This document shows positions 18,488-26,163 of a stretch of 46,363 nucleotides of DNA, piece by piece. Origin of the DNA: a virus (taxonomy: Duplodnaviria; Caudoviricetes); the IMG/VR virus record IMGVR_UViG_3300021082_000043, positions 1-46,363 of that record. One strand, written 5' to 3'. Position 1 is the stretch's first letter. Each line of letters opens with the position of its first letter. The position numbers and the translations under genes were made by a program. The notes under the pieces are model-generated. The model was not told the origin of the DNA. It worked only from the letters and a program-made list of their open reading frames with translations, and did not search any database.

Positions 18488-19016
18488 GCACGGCAACGCG
18501 CGCCAGGCAGGCCGGGTACGTCCTGGCCCGGCCCGGCGCCGTATGGCGAGGACAGGCACGGCAGGCACGGCATGGCCCCGCAAGGTTTGGTCCGGCGCGG
18601 TCTGGTTTGGTGGGGCAGGCAAGGCAAGGCGCGGAGAGGTGCGGTTAGGCAAGGCGAGGCGCGGCAGGGCAGGCGTGGCGGCGCGAGGCCGGGACAGGCG
18701 CGGAACGGTAAGGCCGGGCGCGCACGGGCGCGACCTGGCGAGGCAGGCAAGGCGCGGACAGGTATCGCGAGGTGTGCTTTGGCCTGGCGTGGCGCGGCAG
18801 GCGTGGAATGGCAAGGCGGGGAAGGGTCTGGTAAGGCGAGGCAGGCTCGACGGGGTTTGGTCAGGCTCGGTCTGGCGCGGCAGGCAAGGCGAGACACGGA
18901 GCGGTGAGACTGGGCGCGGCAAGGCAAGGCGCGGAGCGGCGGGGAAAGGCCCGGCAGGCGTGGTGAGGAGCGACGAGGCAAGGCTCGGTGCGCCCTGGAG
19001 CGGTCAGGTTTGGTCT
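18487..19016 (+). repeat. Phased GGY-NN pentamer array in nine units delimited by GGCA(GGC); putative guide-like ncRNA
   Basis: Hand parse: GGCA tetramers at 18506, 18560, 18614, 18668, 18742, 18796, 18840, 18879 and 18953, followed by 10, 10, 10, 14, 10, 8, 7, 14 and 12 pentamers. Of 95 pentamers, 70 start GGY, 12 GGA and 13 other variants. Confidence 0.9.
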
Positions 19017-19613
19017 ATGAGGAGAGAGCTCGATTTCTACCCGACGGCGGCCTGGGCGACCGAGGCCCTGCTCGAGCGCGTGCCGATAGCCGGGCGCGTG
19101 CTCGAGCCGTGCTGCGGCGCCGGCGATATCGTGACGGTGCTCAACGCAAGCGATCGCATTCGCGAGGTCCACGTCAACGACATCGACAAGCAATGGGTGC
19201 GCGAGCCTGCCGATGCTACTAACGCTCGCTACTGGCGCTCGAGGCAGTGGGACACCGCGACGCCCGACTGGGTGGTCACAAATCCGCCGTTCGGAGTCGC
19301 GCACAAGATCGTTCCGCTCGCGTGGGAGACGGCGCGCGTCGGCGTCGCGATGCTTCTGCGCCTGACCTACCTCGAGCCGTGCGAGGGGCGCGCCGGCTGG
19401 CTCGCGCGGCACCCACCCGACAAACTCATCGTGCTCCCGCGGATCTCGTTCACGGGCGACGGCAAGACCGACCTCGCGACGTGCGCCTGGTTCGTGTGGT
19501 GCCACAACGAGCCGGTGTGGAAGCAAAACGAGCTCTGCCCGGCGATCGAGGTCGTGCCGCCGCCGAGCCTGGCGCCTGGCCGAATGTTCGATGAGGTGAC
19601 GGATGCCCCATAG
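19017..19613 (+). CDS. Orphan amino (N6-adenine-type) DNA methyltransferase
   Basis: DFYPT, VLEPCCGAG (SAM-binding motif I), VVTNPPF (motif IV), LLRLTYLE, CAWFVW. Confidence 0.85.
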   Translation: MRRELDFYPTAAWATEALLERVPIAGRVLEPCCGAGDIVTVLNASDRIREVHVNDIDKQWVREPADATNARYWRSRQWDTATPDWVVTNPPFGVAHKIVPLAWETARVGVAMLLRLTYLEPCEGRAGWLARHPPDKLIVLPRISFTGDGKTDLATCAWFVWCHNEPVWKQNELCPAIEVVPPPSLAPGRMFDEVTDAP

Positions 19614-19779
19614 CTGCCCGTGGTGCGACTTCGCGTGTAACTGCGACGCGCTCGAGGAGGGGCGCGACTGCGATCACGACTGCGACCCCGACGTGCTCAT
19701 CGACGAGTTCGGGGAGTTCGAAGCAACGTACGACGACGACGACGACGACGACATCAACGACGAGGACTGGGGCGACTGA
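19603..19779 (+). CDS. 58 aa Cys-rich, highly acidic protein
   Basis: Hand translation MPHSCPWCDFACNCDALEEGRDCDHDCDPDVLIDEFGEFEATYDDDDDDDINDEDWGD*; GAGG RBS; TGATG coupling to the next gene. Confidence 0.65.
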   Translation: MPHSCPWCDFACNCDALEEGRDCDHDCDPDVLIDEFGEFEATYDDDDDDDINDEDWGD

Positions 19780-20123
19780 TGGATGTAGTGTGGAGCGGAA
19801 CGATCGAGCGCGCGAGCGCTGAAGAGAACCGGCGGCCGCCGAGTCCGTTCGAGCCTGGCCTTCAGGCCGGCGAGCTCGAGAGCGAACCTCGGAAGGACCC
19901 GCGGCCTGGCGCAGGATTCACGCGCGCCGAGCTCATCCTGCAATACCTGGCGACGCGCGAGGACGCGACAACGAACGAGCTCTCAAAGATGCTCAACGCC
20001 CACCAGGGCGCGGTGAGCCCGGTCGTCTACCTGATGCTCAAGCGCGGGCAGATCGAGCCGTCTGGGCGCATCGTGAAGCCGCGCGTCGGCTCACCTGGCC
20101 GCGCGTTCAGGCTCGCGCGATGA
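19779..20123 (+). CDS. Winged-HTH protein (paralog 1)
   Basis: ELILQYLATREDATTNELSKML...VSPVVYLMLKRGQIE pattern. Confidence 0.6.
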   Translation: MDVVWSGTIERASAEENRRPPSPFEPGLQAGELESEPRKDPRPGAGFTRAELILQYLATREDATTNELSKMLNAHQGAVSPVVYLMLKRGQIEPSGRIVKPRVGSPGRAFRLAR

Positions 20124-20497
20124 TGGTCGTGTGGAACGGCTCGATCGACCGCGCGGCCGCGGAGCTCGAGCGGCGGCGGCCGACCAAGACCAACGAGCGC
20201 GTGTTCGTCGCGAGCTTGACGGTGAAGATCGTCGAGGTGCTGCGCGGGCGCGACGATGCAACGATGCCCGAGCTCGGGGCGTGCTTCCCTGGCGTGCGCC
20301 AGAACGCGGTCAACAACGCGTGTTACCGGCTCATCACGAGCGGCGAGATCGTGAAGGCGACGCGCGTCGTCAGGACGTCTCGAGGGCGCACGTCGATGAG
20401 TTACAGGATCGCGACCAGGTGCGCGACCACGACGCCGGCGAGTCCCCACCCGATGCCGGTGAACAAGCCGACGCAGAACCAGACGCCGCAGAGGTAG
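20120..20497 (+). CDS. Winged-HTH protein (paralog 2)
   Basis: KIVEVLRGRDDATMPEL...AVNNACYRLITSGEIVK; shares an N-terminal motif with the previous gene. Confidence 0.6.
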   Translation: MMVVWNGSIDRAAAELERRRPTKTNERVFVASLTVKIVEVLRGRDDATMPELGACFPGVRQNAVNNACYRLITSGEIVKATRVVRTSRGRTSMSYRIATRCATTTPASPHPMPVNKPTQNQTPQR

Positions 20498-20526
20498 ACG
20501 GTCACGGTGTTAGGCATGGCGCGAGT

Positions 20527-20685
20527 ATGAGGCAAAAGCGGTGCGGGTGTCGCTGCCCCTGGTGCAACCGCGACATCAGGAAGCACGGCAAGCTCGCTCG
20601 AACGAAGGACGGTACCATCGTGAAGATCTGCCCGTGCGGCACGGTGAAGATCGGGAAGTCCTGGGTGATCACCAATGACAGGTAG
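20527..20685 (+). CDS. Small basic zinc-ribbon-like protein
   Basis: MRQKRCGCRCPWC...ICPCG; 52 aa; overlaps the tRNA 5' end by 10 nt. Confidence 0.45.
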   Translation: MRQKRCGCRCPWCNRDIRKHGKLARTKDGTIVKICPCGTVKIGKSWVITNDR

Positions 20686-20750
20686 CTCAATGGTCGAGCC
20701 GCCGGCTGTTAATCGGCAAGATGCGAGTTCGAGTCTCGCCCTGTCAGCCA
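20676..20750 (+). tRNA. tRNA-Asn (GTT)
   Basis: Acceptor stem TGACAGG/CCTGTCA, discriminator G plus encoded CCA, D-arm GCTC-AATGGTC-GAGC, anticodon arm GCCGG-CT-GTT-AA-TCGGC, T-arm GCGAG-TTCGAGT-CTCGC. Confidence 0.93.
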
Positions 20751-20754
20751 ACAC

Positions 20755-20943
20755 GTGAGGACCTGCGTCGTGTGCGGCGAACGATTCAAGCGGCTCGACC
20801 CCGACCTGGACCGCGGGCCGCTCACCAGGTCGACGTGCCTCGAGTGCCGCACGTCGACGCCCGAGGAGCTCGAGCGGCGCAACGCGGCCGCCTGGTATCA
20901 CTGGAACACCGGAACCTGGTATCACCCGGAGAAGAAGCCATGA
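20755..20943 (+). CDS. Small zinc-finger protein
   Basis: CVVC...CLEC pairs. Confidence 0.55.
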   Translation: MRTCVVCGERFKRLDPDLDRGPLTRSTCLECRTSTPEELERRNAAAWYHWNTGTWYHPEKKP

Positions 20944-21284
20944 CGAAGCGAGCGGTCGAGGTGCGGTGCTGTTGCACGCCGAACAAGGTGCTCGGGTACC
21001 TGCCGGTGCCTGGCGCGCTCGAGGTGGGCAAGCGCGTCGTGTTCGTGCTCGACACGGCTCGGTCTGACGCGTGGGTGCTCGGTCTCCGGCTCGAGGTGCC
21101 GGAGACGTTCCCGACGATCACGTTCGAGGTCGCGCGCTGGTCCGAGAGCAGGATCCGCGAGCTCCCCGCGATAGGCGTCGTAGGGTTCGAGCTCGAGCGC
21201 ACGGGCGGCCTGGCGCTCAAGCACGAGAACGTCACGCTCGAGGAGCTCCGCCGGATCGATGGGTTTGTCGAGGCGCAGTCGTGA
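20940..21284 (+). CDS. Hypothetical protein
   Basis: ATGA overlap; begins MTKRAVEVRCCCTPNKVLGYL. Confidence 0.55.
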   Translation: MTKRAVEVRCCCTPNKVLGYLPVPGALEVGKRVVFVLDTARSDAWVLGLRLEVPETFPTITFEVARWSESRIRELPAIGVVGFELERTGGLALKHENVTLEELRRIDGFVEAQS

Positions 21285-21337
21285 GCCTGGACCGCCCGCG
21301 AAGTCCCCCGATAAGCAGACTCTAATCCGCCAAGAGA

Positions 21338-21366
21338 TTGACCTCGGTCGATCAGGTGCGTATCTT
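21338..21366 (+). promoter_or_regulatory. Putative promoter of the packaging/late operon
   Basis: TTGACC-17 bp-TATCTT in the lower-GC gap upstream of the terminase genes. Confidence 0.45.
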
Positions 21367-21377
21367 CTACGCACCCC

Positions 21378-21689
21378 TTGCGTCAAAAGACTGGCGGCCG
21401 CACAGCCGGCACGCCTAACCGTTCGACCGCCGAGCTCAAGGCCTTCCTAGGCCGCGTGTTCGAGAAGGTCTTTACCGATCCCGAGTTCGAGCGGAAGCTC
21501 ATCACGGAGATCGTTGAGTTCCGGCTCGAGCCGCAGCTGCTCAAGGTGCTCCTGGCGTACTACGCCGGCGCGCCCGCCAAGCAGGTCGAGCACTCCCACA
21601 AAGGCCGCCTCACGCTCGAGCAGATCGTCACGGGCAACGTCCCCGACGACGACGAGCTCGAGGTGCTGGCGGAGCCTGGTGTTCATTGA
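21378..21689 (+). CDS. terS: Terminase small subunit
   Basis: KTGGRTAGTPNRST motif common in small terminases; immediately upstream of terL. Start uncertain. Confidence 0.7.
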   Translation: MRQKTGGRTAGTPNRSTAELKAFLGRVFEKVFTDPEFERKLITEIVEFRLEPQLLKVLLAYYAGAPAKQVEHSHKGRLTLEQIVTGNVPDDDELEVLAEPGVH

Positions 21690-23224
21690 GACTCGCTTTC
21701 GCGGTCCTGGCGTGGCTCCTCGTGAGTGAGGGCCACCTCGCCGCCGCCAAGATCGCGAGCTACCGCGAGCTCCCGTGGGGCGCCTGTCGATTCGCCGAGC
21801 AGGAGTTCGGATTCATCGGCGACAAGTGGCAGGAGCAGACCCTCGTCGCGTTCGCCGACCCGGCGATTCCCCGCATCAGCTTGCAGGCCTGCGCGGGCCC
21901 GGGCAAGACCGCCGTCGAGGCGATCTGTGGCTGGTACTTCCTGGCGACCAGGTGCACGCCTGGTGAGCACCCGAAAGGCCTCTGCACCTCGGTAACCGGC
22001 GAGAACCTGCGCGACAACTTGTGGGCCGAGTTCTCGAAGTGGCAACAGCGCTCGAGCTACCTGATGCACGCGTTCCGATGGACCGCGCAGCGCATCTTTT
22101 CGATCGACCATCCCGAGACCTGGTTCTTTTCGCCGCGCAAGTGGCCCAAGACCGGCAACGCCGACGAACAGGGTGCGACGTTCTCCGGCCTGCACTCGCA
22201 GAACGTGTGTGTGATCGTCGACGAGAGCGGTGCGATCCCGCCGACGGTGCTCCGCGCGGCCGAGCAGGCGCTCGCGAACACCACGTTCGGCAAGATTCTC
22301 CAGGGCGGCAACCCGATCAGCCTCGAGGGCATGCTCTACGCCGCGGCGAACCAACTGCGCGAGCAGTGGTTTATCGTGCGCGTCACGGGTGACCCCGACG
22401 ACCCGAACCGGTCGCCGCGCATCGACATCGACTGGGCCCGCAAGCAGATCGCCACGTACGGCCGCGACAACCCGTGGGTGATGTCGTACATCCTCGGGCA
22501 GTTCCCGCCGAGCTCGCTCAATTCGCTGCTCGGCATCGAGGACGTGCACAAGGCGATCGCGCGCTCGCGGCTCGATCACACCCTGTTTCAGCACATGCAG
22601 AAGCGCATCGGCGTCGACGTCGCGCGGTTCGGCGACGACCGCACCGTGCTCTTCCCGCGGCAAGGCCTGCAAGCGTTCAACCCGATCGTCATGCGCGGCG
22701 CGAACACGAACGAGATCGTCGCGCGCGTCATGGAGTCGAAACGCAAGTGGGGCTCGGAGCTCGAGCTCATCGACAACAGCTTCGCCTGGGGCAACGGCGT
22801 CGTCGACAACCTGACGGTCGCCGGCGTCTCTGCTCATGCCGTGAACTTTGCCGGCAAGGCGATCGATCCGCGGTACCGGAACCGGCGCGCCGAAGGCTGG
22901 ATCAAGATGGCCGACGCGATCAAGGCCGGTGCCGCGCTCCCGAACGAGGCGTCGCTCGTAGCGGAGCTCACGACGCCGACCTACACGTTCCACAACGGGC
23001 AGTTCCAGCTCGAGGAGAAGGACCAGGTGAAGAAGCGCCTCGGTCGCTCGCCTGACCTGGCCGACGCGCTCGCGCTCACCTACATGCTGCCCGACCTGCC
23101 TGGGCAGCTACTCGGGCACATGAGCCAGGCCGGGCTCGGCCGCGCGGTGACGGAGTACGACCCGTTCGCCGGCGGCAGTGGGCGCACGGTCACCGACTAC
23201 GACCCCTACTCGAGGCCTTCATGA
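21686..23224 (+). CDS. terL: Terminase large subunit
   Basis: Walker A GPGKT, Walker B VIVDES, nuclease motifs IGVDVARFGDD and GRSPDLADALALT. Exact start uncertain. Confidence 0.93.
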   Translation: MRLAFAVLAWLLVSEGHLAAAKIASYRELPWGACRFAEQEFGFIGDKWQEQTLVAFADPAIPRISLQACAGPGKTAVEAICGWYFLATRCTPGEHPKGLCTSVTGENLRDNLWAEFSKWQQRSSYLMHAFRWTAQRIFSIDHPETWFFSPRKWPKTGNADEQGATFSGLHSQNVCVIVDESGAIPPTVLRAAEQALANTTFGKILQGGNPISLEGMLYAAANQLREQWFIVRVTGDPDDPNRSPRIDIDWARKQIATYGRDNPWVMSYILGQFPPSSLNSLLGIEDVHKAIARSRLDHTLFQHMQKRIGVDVARFGDDRTVLFPRQGLQAFNPIVMRGANTNEIVARVMESKRKWGSELELIDNSFAWGNGVVDNLTVAGVSAHAVNFAGKAIDPRYRNRRAEGWIKMADAIKAGAALPNEASLVAELTTPTYTFHNGQFQLEEKDQVKKRLGRSPDLADALALTYMLPDLPGQLLGHMSQAGLGRAVTEYDPFAGGSGRTVTDYDPYSRPS

Positions 23225-23445
23225 GCCTGTACAACGCGAGCGGTCAACCTCTCTCGAGTCGCAGGGTGCGCGAGTCCGTCGAGCAGCAGCAGGTCGCCAT
23301 GATCCTGTTCACTAAAGCGTTCTCGTCGTTCCTGAATCTCTCGTTCGTCGGCCGCCTGCGCTGGATCCTGTTCGGCGCTCGAGCGTTCAAGCCGACACAG
23401 TCGCTCGCCGAGCAGTTCAAGGCCGAGCGCGAGGCCGCGGAGTGA
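23221..23445 (+). CDS. Hypothetical protein
   Basis: Overlapping start/stop codons with both neighbours. Confidence 0.55.
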   Translation: MSLYNASGQPLSSRRVRESVEQQQVAMILFTKAFSSFLNLSFVGRLRWILFGARAFKPTQSLAEQFKAEREAAE

Positions 23446-23882
23446 CGCCAGGGATCGGCGGCGTGCGCGTCGCCGACGATGACGACCTCGCGGCGATCGT
23501 CCGCATGGGCGCGCGGTTCCTCTCTGAGGGCCCGTACCCACGCGAGGTCGCCGATACCGCGGTGCTCGAGCGGTTCGTGCGGCACCTGCTCGAGCACGGC
23601 TACGTGACCTGTAGCGACAAGGGCATGCTCCTCGGGCAGTCGTTCGTGAACCCGATCACCGGCGAGCTCACCGCCGCGGAGATCGCCTGGTGGGTGGAGC
23701 CGGAGCACCGCAAGGGCTCGCGCGACGCGCTGCGCCTGCTCATGGCGTTCGAGGCATGGGCTCGAGACAAGGAAGCTACGTTGATCCAGATGATCGCGCC
23801 GGTCGGCACGCCACTCGGTCGCCTCTACGCCAGAAGGGGCTACAGCGAGCTCGAGACGATCTGGCAGAAGAGGATCGCCTGA
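23442..23882 (+). CDS. GNAT-family acetyltransferase
   Basis: VRVADDDDLAAIVRMG...AAEIAWWVEPEHRKG...LGRLYARRGYSELE. Confidence 0.8.
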   Translation: MTPGIGGVRVADDDDLAAIVRMGARFLSEGPYPREVADTAVLERFVRHLLEHGYVTCSDKGMLLGQSFVNPITGELTAAEIAWWVEPEHRKGSRDALRLLMAFEAWARDKEATLIQMIAPVGTPLGRLYARRGYSELETIWQKRIA

Positions 23883-24187
23883 TGGGCAAGTCAATGCGTG
23901 CGCTCGGTGGAATGTTCGGCGCCGCGAAAGGCGCCGCGACGGCCGCGGGCCTGGGCGTCGGCCTGGCCGGCAAAGCCGCGGGGCTCCCGGCGCCAGGCGG
24001 CGATACGCTCGATAGCCCTGATACCCAGTCGGGCGGGTTCATGGGCGGCATGCTCGGGGCGATGCTCGCGCGCGCTCGAGCGAAGCGCGCCGGCGGCGCG
24101 AACCTCGTCGCGAACAAGCTCGGCTCGCCGGCGCGGCCGCGGCCAGGTGGACCGCCGAGCTCCGCGCCGACCGGGGGCGGCTACTGA
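23882..24187 (+). CDS. Gly/Ala-rich small virion protein
   Basis: TGATG coupling on both sides; lies just upstream of the portal. Confidence 0.55.
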   Translation: MGKSMRALGGMFGAAKGAATAAGLGVGLAGKAAGLPAPGGDTLDSPDTQSGGFMGGMLGAMLARARAKRAGGANLVANKLGSPARPRPGGPPSSAPTGGGY

Positions 24188-25935
24188 TGGCCGACGTACC
24201 CGGCTCCCTGAGCGGTCTCACCAAGCGGCAGCAGTACGAGCAGACGACGCAGGCGCTCATCAGCGAGCGCGCGTCGTTCGACGTGCTGTACCGCGACCTG
24301 TCCGAGTTCTTTGCGCCGGTCCGCTCGAGGTTCACGACGACGGACCGCAACCGCGGCGACCGACGCTCGCAGAGCATCATCGACTCCGAGCCGATCTTTG
24401 CGATCGAGACCCTCAAGAGCGGGCTCCACTCGCACATGACCTCGCCGGCGCGGCCCTGGTTCCGGCTCACCGTCGGCGACCTCGACCTGGCCGACCGCGC
24501 GAACGTGAAGCAGTGGCTCCACGAGGTCACCGTGCGGCTGCAAGAGGTTTTCCTGCGCTCGAACCTCTACAACGGCCTGCCGGTGCTCTACCAGGACACC
24601 GCGATCTATGCGACCGGCGCCATGTCGATGCTCGAGGACGACGAGGACGTCGTGCGCGTCTACAACTACCCGGTCGGCAGCTATGCCGTCGGCTTGGACT
24701 CGCGCAGCGTCGCGACGACGTTCACCTACCAGTACCGGCGCACGGTGCGGCAACTCATCGAAGAGTTCGGTCGACCCGACAACCCGAACGGGCCGATCGA
24801 CTGGCGCAACTTCTCGGTCACGGTCAAGAGCCACTACGACACGGGCCGCCTCGAGGTGCCGATCGACGTCGTGTGGTTCGTGACGCCGAACGACGAGTAC
24901 GACCCGACCGCGCTCGAGGCGAAGTACTCGATGCGATGGCGCTCGTGTCATTTCGAGCGCGATCGCCCGAACGCGGAGTTCGCCGGCGACCGCAGCGGGT
25001 TCCTGCGCGAGAGCGGGTTCAGGCGCTTCCCGATCTTCGTGCCGCGGTGGGCGACGACCGGCGAGGACACGTACGGCACGAGCTCGCCGGCGATCAACGC
25101 GCTCGGCGACGTGCGCCAACTGCAATGGCAACAGAAGAAGAAGGCGAAGGCGATCGACAAAGCGATCGACCCGCCGCTCGTCGGGCCGCCGAACCTGAAA
25201 AACCAGAAGGTCTCGCTCAACCCTGGCGACATCACGTACAGCGAGAAACTCGACCGCGCCTCGGGCCTGCGCCCGGTCCACGAGGTGCGCCTCGAGGGCA
25301 TCCAGCACATGACGCTCGACATGCAGGAGTGTCGCGATCGGATCTCGCGCGCCTGCTTCGTCGACCTGTTCCTGATGCTCTCGCGCATGTCGCAGACGCA
25401 GCCGATCACCGCGGAAGAGGTGCGCGTGCGCCAGGAGGAGAAGCTCTCGACCCTGGGCCCGGTCACCGAGCGGTTCAATGATGACCTGCTCGACCCGATG
25501 ATCGACCGCGGGTTCGACGTGCTCCTGGCCGCCGGCGCGATTCCCGAGCCGCCCGAGGAGCTCCTCGGCGTCGAGCTCAAGGTCGAGTACCTCTCGGCCA
25601 TGGCGCAAGCGCAGAAGCAGAACGGCGTGCAGAACCTCGATCGATTCCTGACGACCGTGATCGGGATGGCCGAGCTCTTCCCCGAGGCGCTCGAGAAGGT
25701 CAACGCGCTCGAGGTCGTCGACGTCTACGGCGACAAGCTCGGGATCGACCCGAACATCGTGCGCACCGACGAGGACGCACAACAACGCATCCAGGCGCGC
25801 CAGGAGAGCCAAGCGGCCGCGCAACAGGCCGAACAGGTCAAGACCCTGGCGCAGGGCGCGCAGGCGCTCGGACAGACCCCGGTGCAGGGCGGCGCGACGA
25901 CCGCGCTCGATGCCGTCATGGCAGGGGCGGCTTGA
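24187..25935 (+). CDS. Portal (head-tail connector) protein, T7 gp8/BPP-1 Bbp21-like
   Basis: 582 aa; MTSPARPWFRL, PRWATTGEDTYGTSSP, ITAEEVRVRQEEKLSTLGPVTER, LKVEYLSAMAQAQK. Confidence 0.92.
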   Translation: MADVPGSLSGLTKRQQYEQTTQALISERASFDVLYRDLSEFFAPVRSRFTTTDRNRGDRRSQSIIDSEPIFAIETLKSGLHSHMTSPARPWFRLTVGDLDLADRANVKQWLHEVTVRLQEVFLRSNLYNGLPVLYQDTAIYATGAMSMLEDDEDVVRVYNYPVGSYAVGLDSRSVATTFTYQYRRTVRQLIEEFGRPDNPNGPIDWRNFSVTVKSHYDTGRLEVPIDVVWFVTPNDEYDPTALEAKYSMRWRSCHFERDRPNAEFAGDRSGFLRESGFRRFPIFVPRWATTGEDTYGTSSPAINALGDVRQLQWQQKKKAKAIDKAIDPPLVGPPNLKNQKVSLNPGDITYSEKLDRASGLRPVHEVRLEGIQHMTLDMQECRDRISRACFVDLFLMLSRMSQTQPITAEEVRVRQEEKLSTLGPVTERFNDDLLDPMIDRGFDVLLAAGAIPEPPEELLGVELKVEYLSAMAQAQKQNGVQNLDRFLTTVIGMAELFPEALEKVNALEVVDVYGDKLGIDPNIVRTDEDAQQRIQARQESQAAAQQAEQVKTLAQGAQALGQTPVQGGATTALDAVMAGAA

Positions 25936-26163
25936 TTGTTCAAGGGGCGGCGCTGGCACGACATCGGCCAAATGAGCGGCCGCGAGGTCGAGGACTACAA
26001 CCAGGTGCTCGACGTGCTCGAGGCGCCGCCGGCGCCCGACTTCGTGGCGCAGCATGACGCCGAGCACGTGTGGCGCACCCGCGGCGAGCGCGCCATTCGC
26101 GCGGAGATGGAACGCCGGATCGCGCGCCGGCTCGAGCACGGGCGTAGGAAGTTCAACGCATGA
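25936..26163 (+). CDS. Hypothetical protein
   Basis: Fills the gap between the portal and the next gene, with ATGA overlap. Confidence 0.45.
   Translation: MFKGRRWHDIGQMSGREVEDYNQVLDVLEAPPAPDFVAQHDAEHVWRTRGERAIRAEMERRIARRLEHGRRKFNA

Noticed and set aside
18487-19016. Canonical CRISPR array
   Set aside because: There are no 25-45 nt identical direct repeats with unique spacers. The only constant elements are GGY trimers and a 7-nt GGCAGGC junction.
18333-19016. Arg/Gly-rich N-terminal extension of the MTase, and ORFs 18572-18907, 18382-18981 and 17549-18922 across the array
   Set aside because: The periodicity is 5 nt, not 3 nt. The translations are low-complexity by-products of a stop-poor G-rich repeat, and MTase motifs begin only at ATG 19017.
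18487-19016. Simple microsatellite or G-quadruplex element as the full explanation
   Set aside because: GG runs could form two-tier quadruplexes, but that would not explain the strict phase, the diverse NN positions, the regular GGCA punctuation or the adjacent RAMP-like gene.
20676-20750. tRNA as an attP/integration site
   Set aside because: The tRNA is full length, no duplicated 3' fragment was seen and no integrase was found.
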